Origin: Aestuariivirga sp.
GTDB lineage: Bacteria; Pseudomonadota; Alphaproteobacteria; Rhizobiales; Aestuariivirgaceae
DNA: 64,000 nt
NCBI RefSeq assembly: GCF_047602625.1
Contig: NZ_JASGGV010000002.1
Coordinates: 441,734-505,733 of the forward strand
Direction: 5' to 3'
The notes beneath the pieces are model-generated. The model was given only the letters and a program-made list of their open reading frames with translations, was not told where the DNA came from and ran no database searches. The position numbers and the translations under genes are program-made. Positions 8,118 through 19,038 of the stretch are shown in pieces. How positions within the stretch are numbered: position 1 is the stretch's first letter; each line of letters opens with the position of its first letter.

Positions 8118-8306
8118 ATGAAAGCCAGAACGACCATCGCCAGCCTCGCCCTCGCCGCCGTGCTTCTCTCGGCCGGCGCATTCGCGAACAACAACCGGTC
8201 GCATTCCGTGGCGGGCGTCAACGGCATCAACGCCAACATCACCGTAATCGAAAAGAACCAGACGCTTTCCGCCGCCGACATCGTGGCCGCCGACAAGGGC
8301 GTGTAA
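8118..8306 (+). CDS. small secreted peptide B (62 aa precursor)
   Basis: GGGAGGAG SD 6 nt upstream of the ATG at 8118. Signal peptide MKARTTIASLALAAVLLSAGAFA. Paralogous core NANITVIEKN. Confidence 0.65.
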   Translation: MKARTTIASLALAAVLLSAGAFANNNRSHSVAGVNGINANITVIEKNQTLSAADIVAADKGV

Positions 8307-8452
8307 AATTCTCCCGCCTGATTTTCAGGCGGCTTCGGGCGCTGCCATCCGCCGCCCTTGTCCATCCCCAGCCATCTCCCGACGATCAGCCGATTCGCCT
8401 TGGAATCGCAGGCGGCAGCGTGTAGGGAACCCCAAATTCGGGTTCCCCAGAA

Positions 8453-11818
<3,366 letters not shown>

Positions 11819-11852
11819 GAAGGCCTCCGGCACCAACGGTAGATCAATCCTC

Positions 11853-12377
11853 ATGGCCACATCCGCGGCCACCAAAGAACTCCGGAAGATGATGAAAGAG
11901 CGGCTCCGCGCGGCGGGCTTTGGGCCGGCACGGGGATTTCCGGGCGCACTTGCCATTCGCATCAATGCCGAGGCGGAGCTCTACCTGTTCCCCGAGATCA
12001 GAACGCGCGATGGGATTCTGACGGCCGATCCTTTCATCGCAATGATGAGCACGTCGCTTCGCGAGCTTCTTTCAAATATCCCCGGCACCAGGATAAGCGA
12101 GCGGTTTGCGCAGTTTTTTCTGTAACAATTTCCCGGAATCCTAGAAGACTGGCAATCGCCATACTTGTATGTGCGGCACCCCGCCGACGTGCCCGGTGTT
12201 GTCGACAAGATCATTTCCGACGTCGAAAAGCGCGTAATCCCCTATTTTCTTCAGTTCGACTCCAAAGCGTCCATTATTCCATTGATCGAGGGCTATGCCT
12301 ATCAGCGCGACTCCTGTCCCCATTTCATTGTGATCGGGGACGCCAAAGATAAATTGCTTCTGCTGAGGCCGAATTGA
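11853..12377 (+). pseudogene. hypothetical protein gene interrupted by a single in-frame TAA (12123-12125)
   Basis: ORFs 11853-12125 and 12165-12377 are in the same frame with only one stop between them. No SD precedes the second part. Region is lower in GC. Confidence 0.5.
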
Positions 12378-12412
12378 AATGACAGGCCGCCGAACCGTGT
12401 TTTGTCTAACAA

Positions 12413-12757
12413 TCACTCAGACGACAGTAAAGCGCCCTGCAAATCCGGCACAGGCAATAAATTCCGCTGTGACCATTCATCCATCGCCAGCAGAACCGGT
12501 TCCAGCGACCGTCCGCGCGGGGTGAGGCGGTATTCGACTCGGGGCGGGATTTCGCGGAAGTCGTGACGCTCGATCAGCCCGTCCTGCTCCAGCTCACGGA
12601 GCTGGCGGGTGAGCGAGCGGTGGGTGATGCCGCCCAGATCGCGCTGCAATTGATTGAAGCGGCGCTCGCCTTGCAGGAGCCAGTAAATCACCATCACCTT
12701 CCAGCGCCCGGCAATGAGGCCCAGCGTACGCTCTGTCGGGCAACTCACGATTTTCAT
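12413..12757 (-). CDS. HxlR family transcriptional regulator
   Basis: CPTERTLGLIAGRWKVMVIYWLLQGERRFNQLQRDLGGITHRSLTRQLRELEQDGLIER is a canonical HxlR winged helix. Confidence 0.9.
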   Translation of the reverse strand: MKIVSCPTERTLGLIAGRWKVMVIYWLLQGERRFNQLQRDLGGITHRSLTRQLRELEQDGLIERHDFREIPPRVEYRLTPRGRSLEPVLLAMDEWSQRNLLPVPDLQGALLSSE

Positions 12758-12865
12758 GGACGCAGCCTCCAGCGGTATCTTCAATGACCGTACTTGCAGA
12801 TAGGTACATACCCACCCAAATGCCAGCCCGAAGTTGAAAATTCCCTTCGGCAATCGGAGAAAATC

Positions 12866-13756
12866 ATGAAAAAGCAAGTTGTTGACGTGTCTCATGCGCA
12901 GGGCCAGCACTGGGTGGGCGATGGCTTTCCCGTCCGCTCGTTGTTCTCATACGGCGAGGGCGACGCGGTGAGCCCCTTCCTCCTCCTCGATTATGCGGGG
13001 CCCTTCATGTTCGGCCCCTCCATGCACCGGCGCGGCGTGGGCGCCCATCCCCATCGCGGCTTCGAGACGGTGACGATCGTCTATGACGGCGAGGTCTCGC
13101 ACAGCGATTCCACCGGCAAGGGTGGCACCATCGGCCCGGGCGACGTGCAGTGGATGACGGCGGCCAGCGGCATCTTCCATGAGGAATATCATTCCGACGG
13201 GTTCACCAAATCCGGCGGGCCGTTCCGCATGGTGCAATTGTGGGTGAACCTGCCTGCCAAACACAAGATGTCCAAACCCGGCTATCAGGCCATCGGTTCG
13301 GCGTCGATCCCGGTGGCTGAGTTGCCCGATGGGGCCGGCAGCCTGCGGGTGATCGCCGGTGACTTCGGCGGGACCAGGGGTGCCGCGCGAACCTTCTCGC
13401 CTCTCAATGTGTGGGATGCGCAGATGAAGGCGGGCCATGCCGCCACCTTCACGGTGCCCGAAGGGCACACGGCGATGGTTGTGGTGCTCGGCGGCCGCGT
13501 GACCATCGACGGCCAGGCCGCAACCGAGGCGGAGGTTCTGCGTCTCAGCCGGGAGGGTGACAGCTTCACGGTGATGGCTGACGGTGACGCCAAACTGCTG
13601 ATTCTCACAGGCAAGCCCCTGGGTGAGCCGGTGGTGGGCTATGGGCCTTTCGTCATGAACACCGATGCGGAAATCCGCCAGGCGATTGAAGACGTGAACG
13701 CCGGGCGTTTCCTCACACCGGCAAACACCGTGGATGAGCCGACAGGCGCCGCATGA
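12866..13756 (+). CDS. pirin family protein
   Basis: HPHRGFETVTIVYDGEVSHSDSTG cupin motif. Divergent from the HxlR gene, which is a common pairing. Confidence 0.9.
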   Translation: MKKQVVDVSHAQGQHWVGDGFPVRSLFSYGEGDAVSPFLLLDYAGPFMFGPSMHRRGVGAHPHRGFETVTIVYDGEVSHSDSTGKGGTIGPGDVQWMTAASGIFHEEYHSDGFTKSGGPFRMVQLWVNLPAKHKMSKPGYQAIGSASIPVAELPDGAGSLRVIAGDFGGTRGAARTFSPLNVWDAQMKAGHAATFTVPEGHTAMVVVLGGRVTIDGQAATEAEVLRLSREGDSFTVMADGDAKLLILTGKPLGEPVVGYGPFVMNTDAEIRQAIEDVNAGRFLTPANTVDEPTGAA

Positions 13757-13761
13757 CCAGC

Positions 13762-13800
13762 GCCCGGCCTCATGTCAAACCGTGAGGCCGGGCATTTTTT
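13762..13800 (+). terminator. intrinsic terminator after the pirin gene
   Basis: GCCCGGCCTCA-N10-TGAGGCCGGGC followed by ATTTTTT. Confidence 0.65.
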
Positions 13801-13904
13801 GCCAGCCCGTCTCTCTGCGCCAAAAATGCCGGGACAAAGCAGGGTTTACCCACGGGAAACCGATCCCCTTGAAATCCACGCCGATTTAGGCCATCTTCTG
13901 CCCT

Positions 13905-13947
13905 CGCCCGGCTGCTACGTTCACGCGTAGGCCGGGTGCCGTTTTTT
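13905..13947 (+). terminator. terminator-like hairpin in the greA leader (possible attenuator)
   Basis: CCCGGC-tg-CTACG-ttcacg-CGTAG-GCCGGG, then tgccg-TTTTTT. Lies 78 nt upstream of the greA ATG. A possible TTGAAA-N17-CATCTT promoter sits just upstream. Confidence 0.45.
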
Positions 13948-14024
13948 CTGATGATGGCTTCAAACCGCGCCGCGCGGGTGTTCCGGGCGGGCTGAGACGA
14001 ACTGACATATTCTGGACGAGACCG

Positions 14025-14498
14025 ATGGAAAAAGTGCCAATGACGGCCGAAGGCCACACCGCGATGATGGATGAGATCAAGCATCTGAAATCGGTGGAGC
14101 GCCCGCGCATCATCAAGGCCATCGAAGAGGCGCGCTCGCACGGCGACCTTTCAGAGAATGCCGAATACCATGCCGCGAAGGAGCAGCAGGGCTGGACGGA
14201 AGCGCGCGTGGCAGAGCTTGAGGACAAGATCAGCCGCGCCGACGTCATCGACATTTCCAAACTCTCGGGCGACACCGTGAAATTCGGCGCCAAGGTCACG
14301 CTCGTTGACGAAGAAACCGACGACGAGGCCTCTTACCAGATCGTCGGCGAGTTCGAGGCGGATGTGAAGAAGGGCAAGATCTCCGTCACCTCCCCCATCG
14401 CCCGCGCCATCATTGGCAAAAAGACCGGCGACAGTGTCGAGGTCAACACGCCGGGCGGCGGCAAGAGCTACGAAATCCTGAAAGTGAAGTGGAAGTAA
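14025..14498 (+). CDS. greA: transcription elongation factor GreA
   Basis: [17 protein letters not shown]...[21 protein letters not shown] coiled-coil followed by the FKBP-like C-terminal domain. Confidence 0.95.
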   Translation: MEKVPMTAEGHTAMMDEIKHLKSVERPRIIKAIEEARSHGDLSENAEYHAAKEQQGWTEARVAELEDKISRADVIDISKLSGDTVKFGAKVTLVDEETDDEASYQIVGEFEADVKKGKISVTSPIARAIIGKKTGDSVEVNTPGGGKSYEILKVKWK

Positions 14499-14506
14499 CC
14501 TGCGCC

Positions 14507-14989
14507 TCAGCGCAGGTTCACCACCGCCACCTTGTCCTTGTAGTCTTCCTTGGGATCACTCCCGAGCAGCATCTTGATGCCGGCGAGCAGGCTTGAGTCA
14601 TTCAGCCAGATTTCGGCATTAGCGGCATCGAAACGCACCAATGCGAGATTGGGATCGGTCTTGCCGCCGGGATACCAGGCGGCGATGAATTTGTTCCACA
14701 GCCTGTCGATGACGGCCTTGTCATTGTCGAGCGTCATGGTGCCGTCGATGCAGGCGAAGAGGTCATGCCCTTTCGACACAAAATGCGCAGCAGCGGGTGC
14801 GGAGCGGCCCATTTTCTTCACAAGCTCGGTATCCTTGGCGGTGAAGAACCAGATAGGGCCTCCCTCTTCCTCGATCTGCGCCGTGAGCGGGCGCGAACGG
14901 CCATGCTCGCTCACCAGCCCCACCATGATGGTCATCTCGCTCTTAAGCTCTTTCCAGAGCTTGTGCTTCAGATCGGCTTCCTTGCTCAT
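14507..14989 (-). CDS. pyridoxamine 5'-phosphate oxidase-like FMN-binding protein (general stress protein 26 type)
   Basis: 160 aa. LWKELKSEMTIMVGLV...RPLTAQ...IWFFTAKDT pattern. GGAGGA SD. Confidence 0.8.
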   Translation of the reverse strand: MSKEADLKHKLWKELKSEMTIMVGLVSEHGRSRPLTAQIEEEGGPIWFFTAKDTELVKKMGRSAPAAAHFVSKGHDLFACIDGTMTLDNDKAVIDRLWNKFIAAWYPGGKTDPNLALVRFDAANAEIWLNDSSLLAGIKMLLGSDPKEDYKDKVAVVNLR

Positions 14990-15030
14990 GCGCGTGTCCT
15001 CCAGTTTCAGGAGGGCAAACGCAGACGGGT

Positions 15031-15645
15031 TCAGCGGGTTCCGGCTGGTGGCGGGATATAGCCGGGAAGATGGGCGGCGGCGGGAAGATGCACCAGTGCC
15101 ATCGCTTTCTTTATTGCAGCGTCCATATTCCGGCTGATGTCTTTTTCCAGAATGAGCGGGCGGAAATAATCAGCCCACTGAAATTCCATATAGGGCTGCT
15201 GCGTCTTGAGAAACCCGCCCTTCAGCCGCACGAAACCGGCCAGGCTGCGATAAGGATCATCGGCAAGATCACCAAGCCTCTTTGGCAACGATGACACGGG
15301 ATGGCGCTGGCCCTCCGCATCGGTCAGCATCATGAAACCACGCTTGGCCATGATGCCCCAGAAGTCGGCCATAGAATGCGCAGAAAAATCATCCGACACA
15401 TCGACGGGAGCCGAGAGAAACTTCTCGCGTTCAAGAGCGAGTCCGAGATGGTGGTGGTCAATCACATAGACGCGCTTCTTTGGGCCCAGCACGGCACGGA
15501 TGGGATGCTCGAGAATGAAATTCACAAGTTCCGATGGCCGGCCGCGCAAACTTTCAAGACCGGCGCGCTTGAACTTCACAAGCGCATATCCCACGCTCAT
15601 TTGCGTAGGCCGGAGATCGGCAATCTCCACAACCTGAATCGCCAT
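15031..15645 (-). CDS. ParB-like nuclease domain protein (ParBc_2 type)
   Basis: IADLRPTQMSVG...VIDHHHLGLAL pattern resembles the stand-alone ParB-like nuclease family of about 200 aa. Confidence 0.7.
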   Translation of the reverse strand: MAIQVVEIADLRPTQMSVGYALVKFKRAGLESLRGRPSELVNFILEHPIRAVLGPKKRVYVIDHHHLGLALEREKFLSAPVDVSDDFSAHSMADFWGIMAKRGFMMLTDAEGQRHPVSSLPKRLGDLADDPYRSLAGFVRLKGGFLKTQQPYMEFQWADYFRPLILEKDISRNMDAAIKKAMALVHLPAAAHLPGYIPPPAGTR

Positions 15646-15649
15646 CTTG

Positions 15650-15716
15650 TTTTCCTGTAGTTCTGCCGGGAAATCCTATCACGGATCCTCCCGGCAGAAC
15701 GGACATTACAGGAAAA
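15650..15716 (-). promoter_or_regulatory. two-tier hairpin sequestering the SD of the ParB-like gene
   Basis: In the minus-strand RNA, UUUUCCUGUA (15716-15707) pairs with UACAGGAAAA (15659-15650), which contains the SD 4 nt before the AUG. Inner 11-bp stem is 15699-15689 / 15671-15661. Confidence 0.5.
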
Positions 15717-15722
15717 TAAGAC

Positions 15723-15965
15723 TTATTCCCGCATGATACGGTCCGGCAGTTTGTCAATTGCTTCATCAGCGCCCTGATCCTTGTGCAGCACGCCTTCGCG
15801 AAGGACCTTCGTCGCGGCATCGTGCTTCAATTTCGGATCGGTGGGAATGGGCTTAGTTTCGCTGTCGGCGGTAAGCCCCGGCTTGCGCTCCGATACTTTT
15901 TCTTCCCGAGCCGCTTCTGCAAACGAAGAAAGAGATTCAGGCTGCTGACGTTTCGCGGTTGCCAT
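15723..15965 (-). CDS. small hydrophilic hypothetical protein (80 aa)
   Basis: Strong AAGGAGGA SD 6 nt upstream of the ATG. Charged low-complexity sequence with no family recognised. Confidence 0.55.
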   Translation of the reverse strand: MATAKRQQPESLSSFAEAAREEKVSERKPGLTADSETKPIPTDPKLKHDAATKVLREGVLHKDQGADEAIDKLPDRIMRE

Positions 15966-16021
15966 GGGTTGTCCTCCTTGTGTGGCAGATTAAACGCCGG
16001 GAGGACCGCAATGTTCCGCGA

Positions 16022-16456
16022 TCAGTGTTCGCCGCCCTCCTCCACATCGGCAAGTTGCGGTATCCGGTGCTCGATGATGTGGAATACTGTATTGGCCGCG
16101 AGGATCAGAATGGTCGCGGCGAGCGGCAGCCAGATATAGCGCAAGCCCACGAAGCAACCCATTGCAGCAACGCACCAGATGGTGGCGGCGGTGTTGAGGC
16201 CGCGCACGCGGAAGCCATCCCGCATAATGACGCCCGCTGCCAGGAAGCCGATGCCCGTGGCCACTTGCGCGGCAATTCTCGCCGTGGCGTCGCCGCCCAG
16301 ATCATGCCCCATCAAAACGAAAAGTGCGGCGCCGAACGCCACCAGCGCATTGGTGTGCGGCCCCGCCGCATGGCCGTGCCAGCGCCGCTCAAACCCGATG
16401 GCACCGCCCAGAAGCAGCGCCAGCGCCAGCCGCCCGACATCGGAATAATCCATCAT
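16022..16456 (-). CDS. MgtC/SapB family membrane protein
   Basis: RLALALLLGGAIGFERRWHGHAAGPHTNALVAFGAALF is a typical MgtC N-terminus. ATGA overlap with the upstream gpx gene. Confidence 0.9.
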   Translation of the reverse strand: MMDYSDVGRLALALLLGGAIGFERRWHGHAAGPHTNALVAFGAALFVLMGHDLGGDATARIAAQVATGIGFLAAGVIMRDGFRVRGLNTAATIWCVAAMGCFVGLRYIWLPLAATILILAANTVFHIIEHRIPQLADVEEGGEH

Positions 16457-16938
16457 GATGTGGCGAGCGCCTGATCCAGCGCTTTCCCGATCTTGGGGCC
16501 TGTGGGCTTTGCGACGGAAGAAAACCAGGTGATGAATTCACCCTGCCGCCCAATCAGATATTTGTGGAAATTCCATTTCGGCCTGCCGATCAGCCCGGCC
16601 TGTTCGCCCGCCCATTTGTAGAAGGGATGAGCCTCCGCGCCTTTCACCACGCTGCGCGTGGTGAGCGGAAAGGTGACACCGTAATTCACCTTGCAGAACT
16701 GGGCGATTTCGCCGGATGTGCCGGGCTCCTGCGCGCCGAAATCATTGCAGGGCACGCCCAGCACCACGAGGCCCTGCCCCTTGCGCGCCTGCCAGAGCTG
16801 TTCAAGCCCTTCATATTGCGGCGTGAACCCGCATTCCGAAGCGGTGTTCACCACCAGAAGCACCTTGCCCCTGAAGCTGGACAGCGGCAGCGGCGCGCCA
16901 TCGATGGCGGTGAAGGAGAAATCATAGGCGGTTGTCAT
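16453..16938 (-). CDS. glutathione peroxidase
   Basis: FRGKVLLVVNTASECGFTPQYEGLEQL...LGVPCNDFGAQEPG are canonical GPx motifs. Confidence 0.92.
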   Translation of the reverse strand: MTTAYDFSFTAIDGAPLPLSSFRGKVLLVVNTASECGFTPQYEGLEQLWQARKGQGLVVLGVPCNDFGAQEPGTSGEIAQFCKVNYGVTFPLTTRSVVKGAEAHPFYKWAGEQAGLIGRPKWNFHKYLIGRQGEFITWFSSVAKPTGPKIGKALDQALATS

Positions 16939-17042
16939 GATGCATGTCCGGATCGCAAAGAAGTTGACAAGAGATAGCAGGAATTTGACCCGTTCAACAT
17001 GCCGTGTCATGAAAGTAAAAACTACAACCACAGGGAGGCGGC

Positions 17043-17279
17043 ATGACGCGGGGGATGATCTGGGGCTGGGTGATTACATTGATCGGCATAGCCCTTTGGG
17101 CCTATGGCTATTTTGTCGGCGGCCACCCCGCCTTCATCAATTGGGCGGCCTATACCCCTCACTGGATCGCCGAATACATGCCCACCGCCGAAGCAGAAAT
17201 CGGCATCCTGCTCATGTTTCTGGCCATGATCCCCATGTACTGGCCGCAGAAAGACGCTAAGCCCGCCGCACATCCCTGA
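17043..17279 (+). CDS. small membrane protein (78 aa, 2 TM)
   Basis: GGGAGG SD. Two hydrophobic helices. 3' end overlaps the convergent benE gene by 23 nt. Confidence 0.5.
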   Translation: MTRGMIWGWVITLIGIALWAYGYFVGGHPAFINWAAYTPHWIAEYMPTAEAEIGILLMFLAMIPMYWPQKDAKPAAHP

Positions 17280-18438
17280 CATGGCGGGCGGCGAACAATA
17301 CGATTCCCGCCATCAGCCCCCAGAAGGCCGCGCCAATCCCGGCAATCGAGATTCCGGATGCCGTGACGAGGAAGGTGACCAGCGCCGTCTCGATGTCGCG
17401 CGGTTCCTTCATCATCGCCGAAAGTCCGCCCATCAGCGGTGAAAACAGCGCCAGCCCGGCAATCGCGGTGATGAGCGGCGAAGGCAGCGCGCCCAGAATT
17501 TGCACGAAGCTCGCAGCGGCAAGGCCGATCAGTCCATAGAGGATCAGATAGGGCCAAGCCACCAGCCAGCGCTTCTTGGGATCGGGATGGCAGTCAGGCC
17601 CCGTCACGATGGATGCCGTGATCGCCGCCATGTTCACCGCGTGGCTGCCGAAAGGCGCCAGAAGCACGGAGCCAATCCCCGTCACCAGCAGGCAGGGTGC
17701 CACGGGCGGCTGATAGCCGGAAGCCCTGAGCACCGCGAAACCGGGAAGATTTTGCGAGGCCATGGTGACGAGAAACAGCGGCACGCCGATGCCGATGATG
17801 GTGCGCTCGTCAAATGTGGGCGTCGTCCATTCCATCGCTGTCAGGCCAAGGCTGCAGCAATTCCCGGCGAAGGAGCCGGAGAAGGCCGCCAGCGCCACGC
17901 CGAGGACAACAATCACCGGCACGGCGTAAAGCGGGATCAGCAGCCTGAGCGCGAAAAACACCACGATCAGCGGCAGCACGAACTGCGGCATGGCAAGCGC
18001 CGCGCCCGGCACGCCAAGGCAATAGTGAAACAGCACGCCCGCCAGCATGGCCGCCGCAATCGAGGCGGGGATTTTCTCGATCGCCTTTTCAAACGGCTTG
18101 ATGAGTTCGCAGATCGCCATCAGCACCCCCGCCACCACGAACGCGCCGAGCGCGTTGGCGTAGCTGGCGCCGCTGGTGCTGGTGGCGATGAGCGCCGCAC
18201 CCGGCGTGGACCAGGCCGTAATGATCGGCATGCGGTAACGCACCGAGAGAATGAACGACGTGATCGCCATGCCGAAGCACAGCGCCGCCGCCCATGACGC
18301 CTGCTGCGAGGGCGAGGCGCCCACGGCGCGCGCCGCCTCCATGATGACAAGGATGGTGGAGGCGAATCCGCACAACGACAGCCGTGGTGGTGGCGGAGAT
18401 GATGCTGAACCATCCCCCGTCCCGCTTGATGGCGGCAT
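17257..18438 (-). CDS. benE: benzoate/H+ symporter BenE family transporter (N-terminus uncertain, see findings)
   Basis: About 12 TM segments. ...ITAWSTPGAALI... and ...TMASQNLPGFAVL... are BenE-like motifs. Confidence 0.8.
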   Translation of the reverse strand: MPPSSGTGDGSASSPPPPRLSLCGFASTILVIMEAARAVGASPSQQASWAAALCFGMAITSFILSVRYRMPIITAWSTPGAALIATSTSGASYANALGAFVVAGVLMAICELIKPFEKAIEKIPASIAAAMLAGVLFHYCLGVPGAALAMPQFVLPLIVVFFALRLLIPLYAVPVIVVLGVALAAFSGSFAGNCCSLGLTAMEWTTPTFDERTIIGIGVPLFLVTMASQNLPGFAVLRASGYQPPVAPCLLVTGIGSVLLAPFGSHAVNMAAITASIVTGPDCHPDPKKRWLVAWPYLILYGLIGLAAASFVQILGALPSPLITAIAGLALFSPLMGGLSAMMKEPRDIETALVTFLVTASGISIAGIGAAFWGLMAGIVLFAARHVRDVRRA

Positions 18439-18441
18439 CAC

Positions 18442-18915
18442 TCATGGCAAAGGCACTCCGGGATCATATTTGGAAACGCGCAGGACGAGCGTGGTCTTGA
18501 CGCTGTCCACATTGGGAGCACCCGTCAGGTCGCGGATGATGAAATTCTGCAATTCCGGCAGATCGCGCGCCACCAGTTTCAGCAGGAAATCCGCCTCGCC
18601 CGACACCGCATAAGCCTCGCGCACCAGGGGCCATCCCACCACACGGGTCTCAAAGGCGCGGAGTTCATTCTCGGCCTGGCTCTTCAAGCCCACGAAGGCG
18701 ATGACGCTGACATTGAACCCCAGCGCCGCCGCATTGAGGCTGGCGCGATAGCCGGAAATGATGCCGCTCCGCTCCAGCGCCTGCACCCGCCTCAAGCAGG
18801 GCGGCGGCGAAAGCCCTACGCGTGAGGCCAGTTCCACATTGGTGAGCCTGCCGTTCTGCTGCAATTCCCGCAGGATTTTCCAGTCAGTCTGGTCCAAGTG
18901 GCTGCGCGAATCCAT
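18442..18915 (-). CDS. Lrp/AsnC family transcriptional regulator
   Basis: LDQTDWKILRELQQNGRLTNVELASRVGLSPPPCLRRVQALERSGII HTH plus a RAM/ACT-like C-terminal domain. Confidence 0.9.
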   Translation of the reverse strand: MDSRSHLDQTDWKILRELQQNGRLTNVELASRVGLSPPPCLRRVQALERSGIISGYRASLNAAALGFNVSVIAFVGLKSQAENELRAFETRVVGWPLVREAYAVSGEADFLLKLVARDLPELQNFIIRDLTGAPNVDSVKTTLVLRVSKYDPGVPLP

Positions 18916-19038
18916 GGAGTTGATCCTAGCAATATTATTGCGCAAACCCCAAGCGGACTGTTCACAATCAGGTGCTCTGGCCTTGTGATGCTTCGGAAAT
19001 GAGCTATGTTATTTTCTCATACCGCTCAGGAGTCTTCC

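Noticed and set aside
7604-8204. Track ORFs 7604-8011 (+, 135 aa) and 7725-8204 (-, 159 aa) spanning the region between the two peptide genes
   Set aside because: They read straight through both hairpin and terminator elements. They have no SD and show odd, basic low-complexity composition in AT-rich DNA. The conserved-loop and covarying-stem pattern explains the sequence better as RNA.
12165-12377. Independent 70-aa gene
   Set aside because: It is in the same frame as 11853-12125 with a single TAA between them, and it lacks its own SD. It is better explained as the distal part of one interrupted gene.
14990-15030. CCUCC-ugaaacu-GGAGG hairpin sequestering the SD of the general-stress-protein-26-like gene
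   Set aside because: The stem is only 5 bp and sits in a 41-nt gap between co-directional genes. That is too weak to call a regulatory element without experimental or comparative support.
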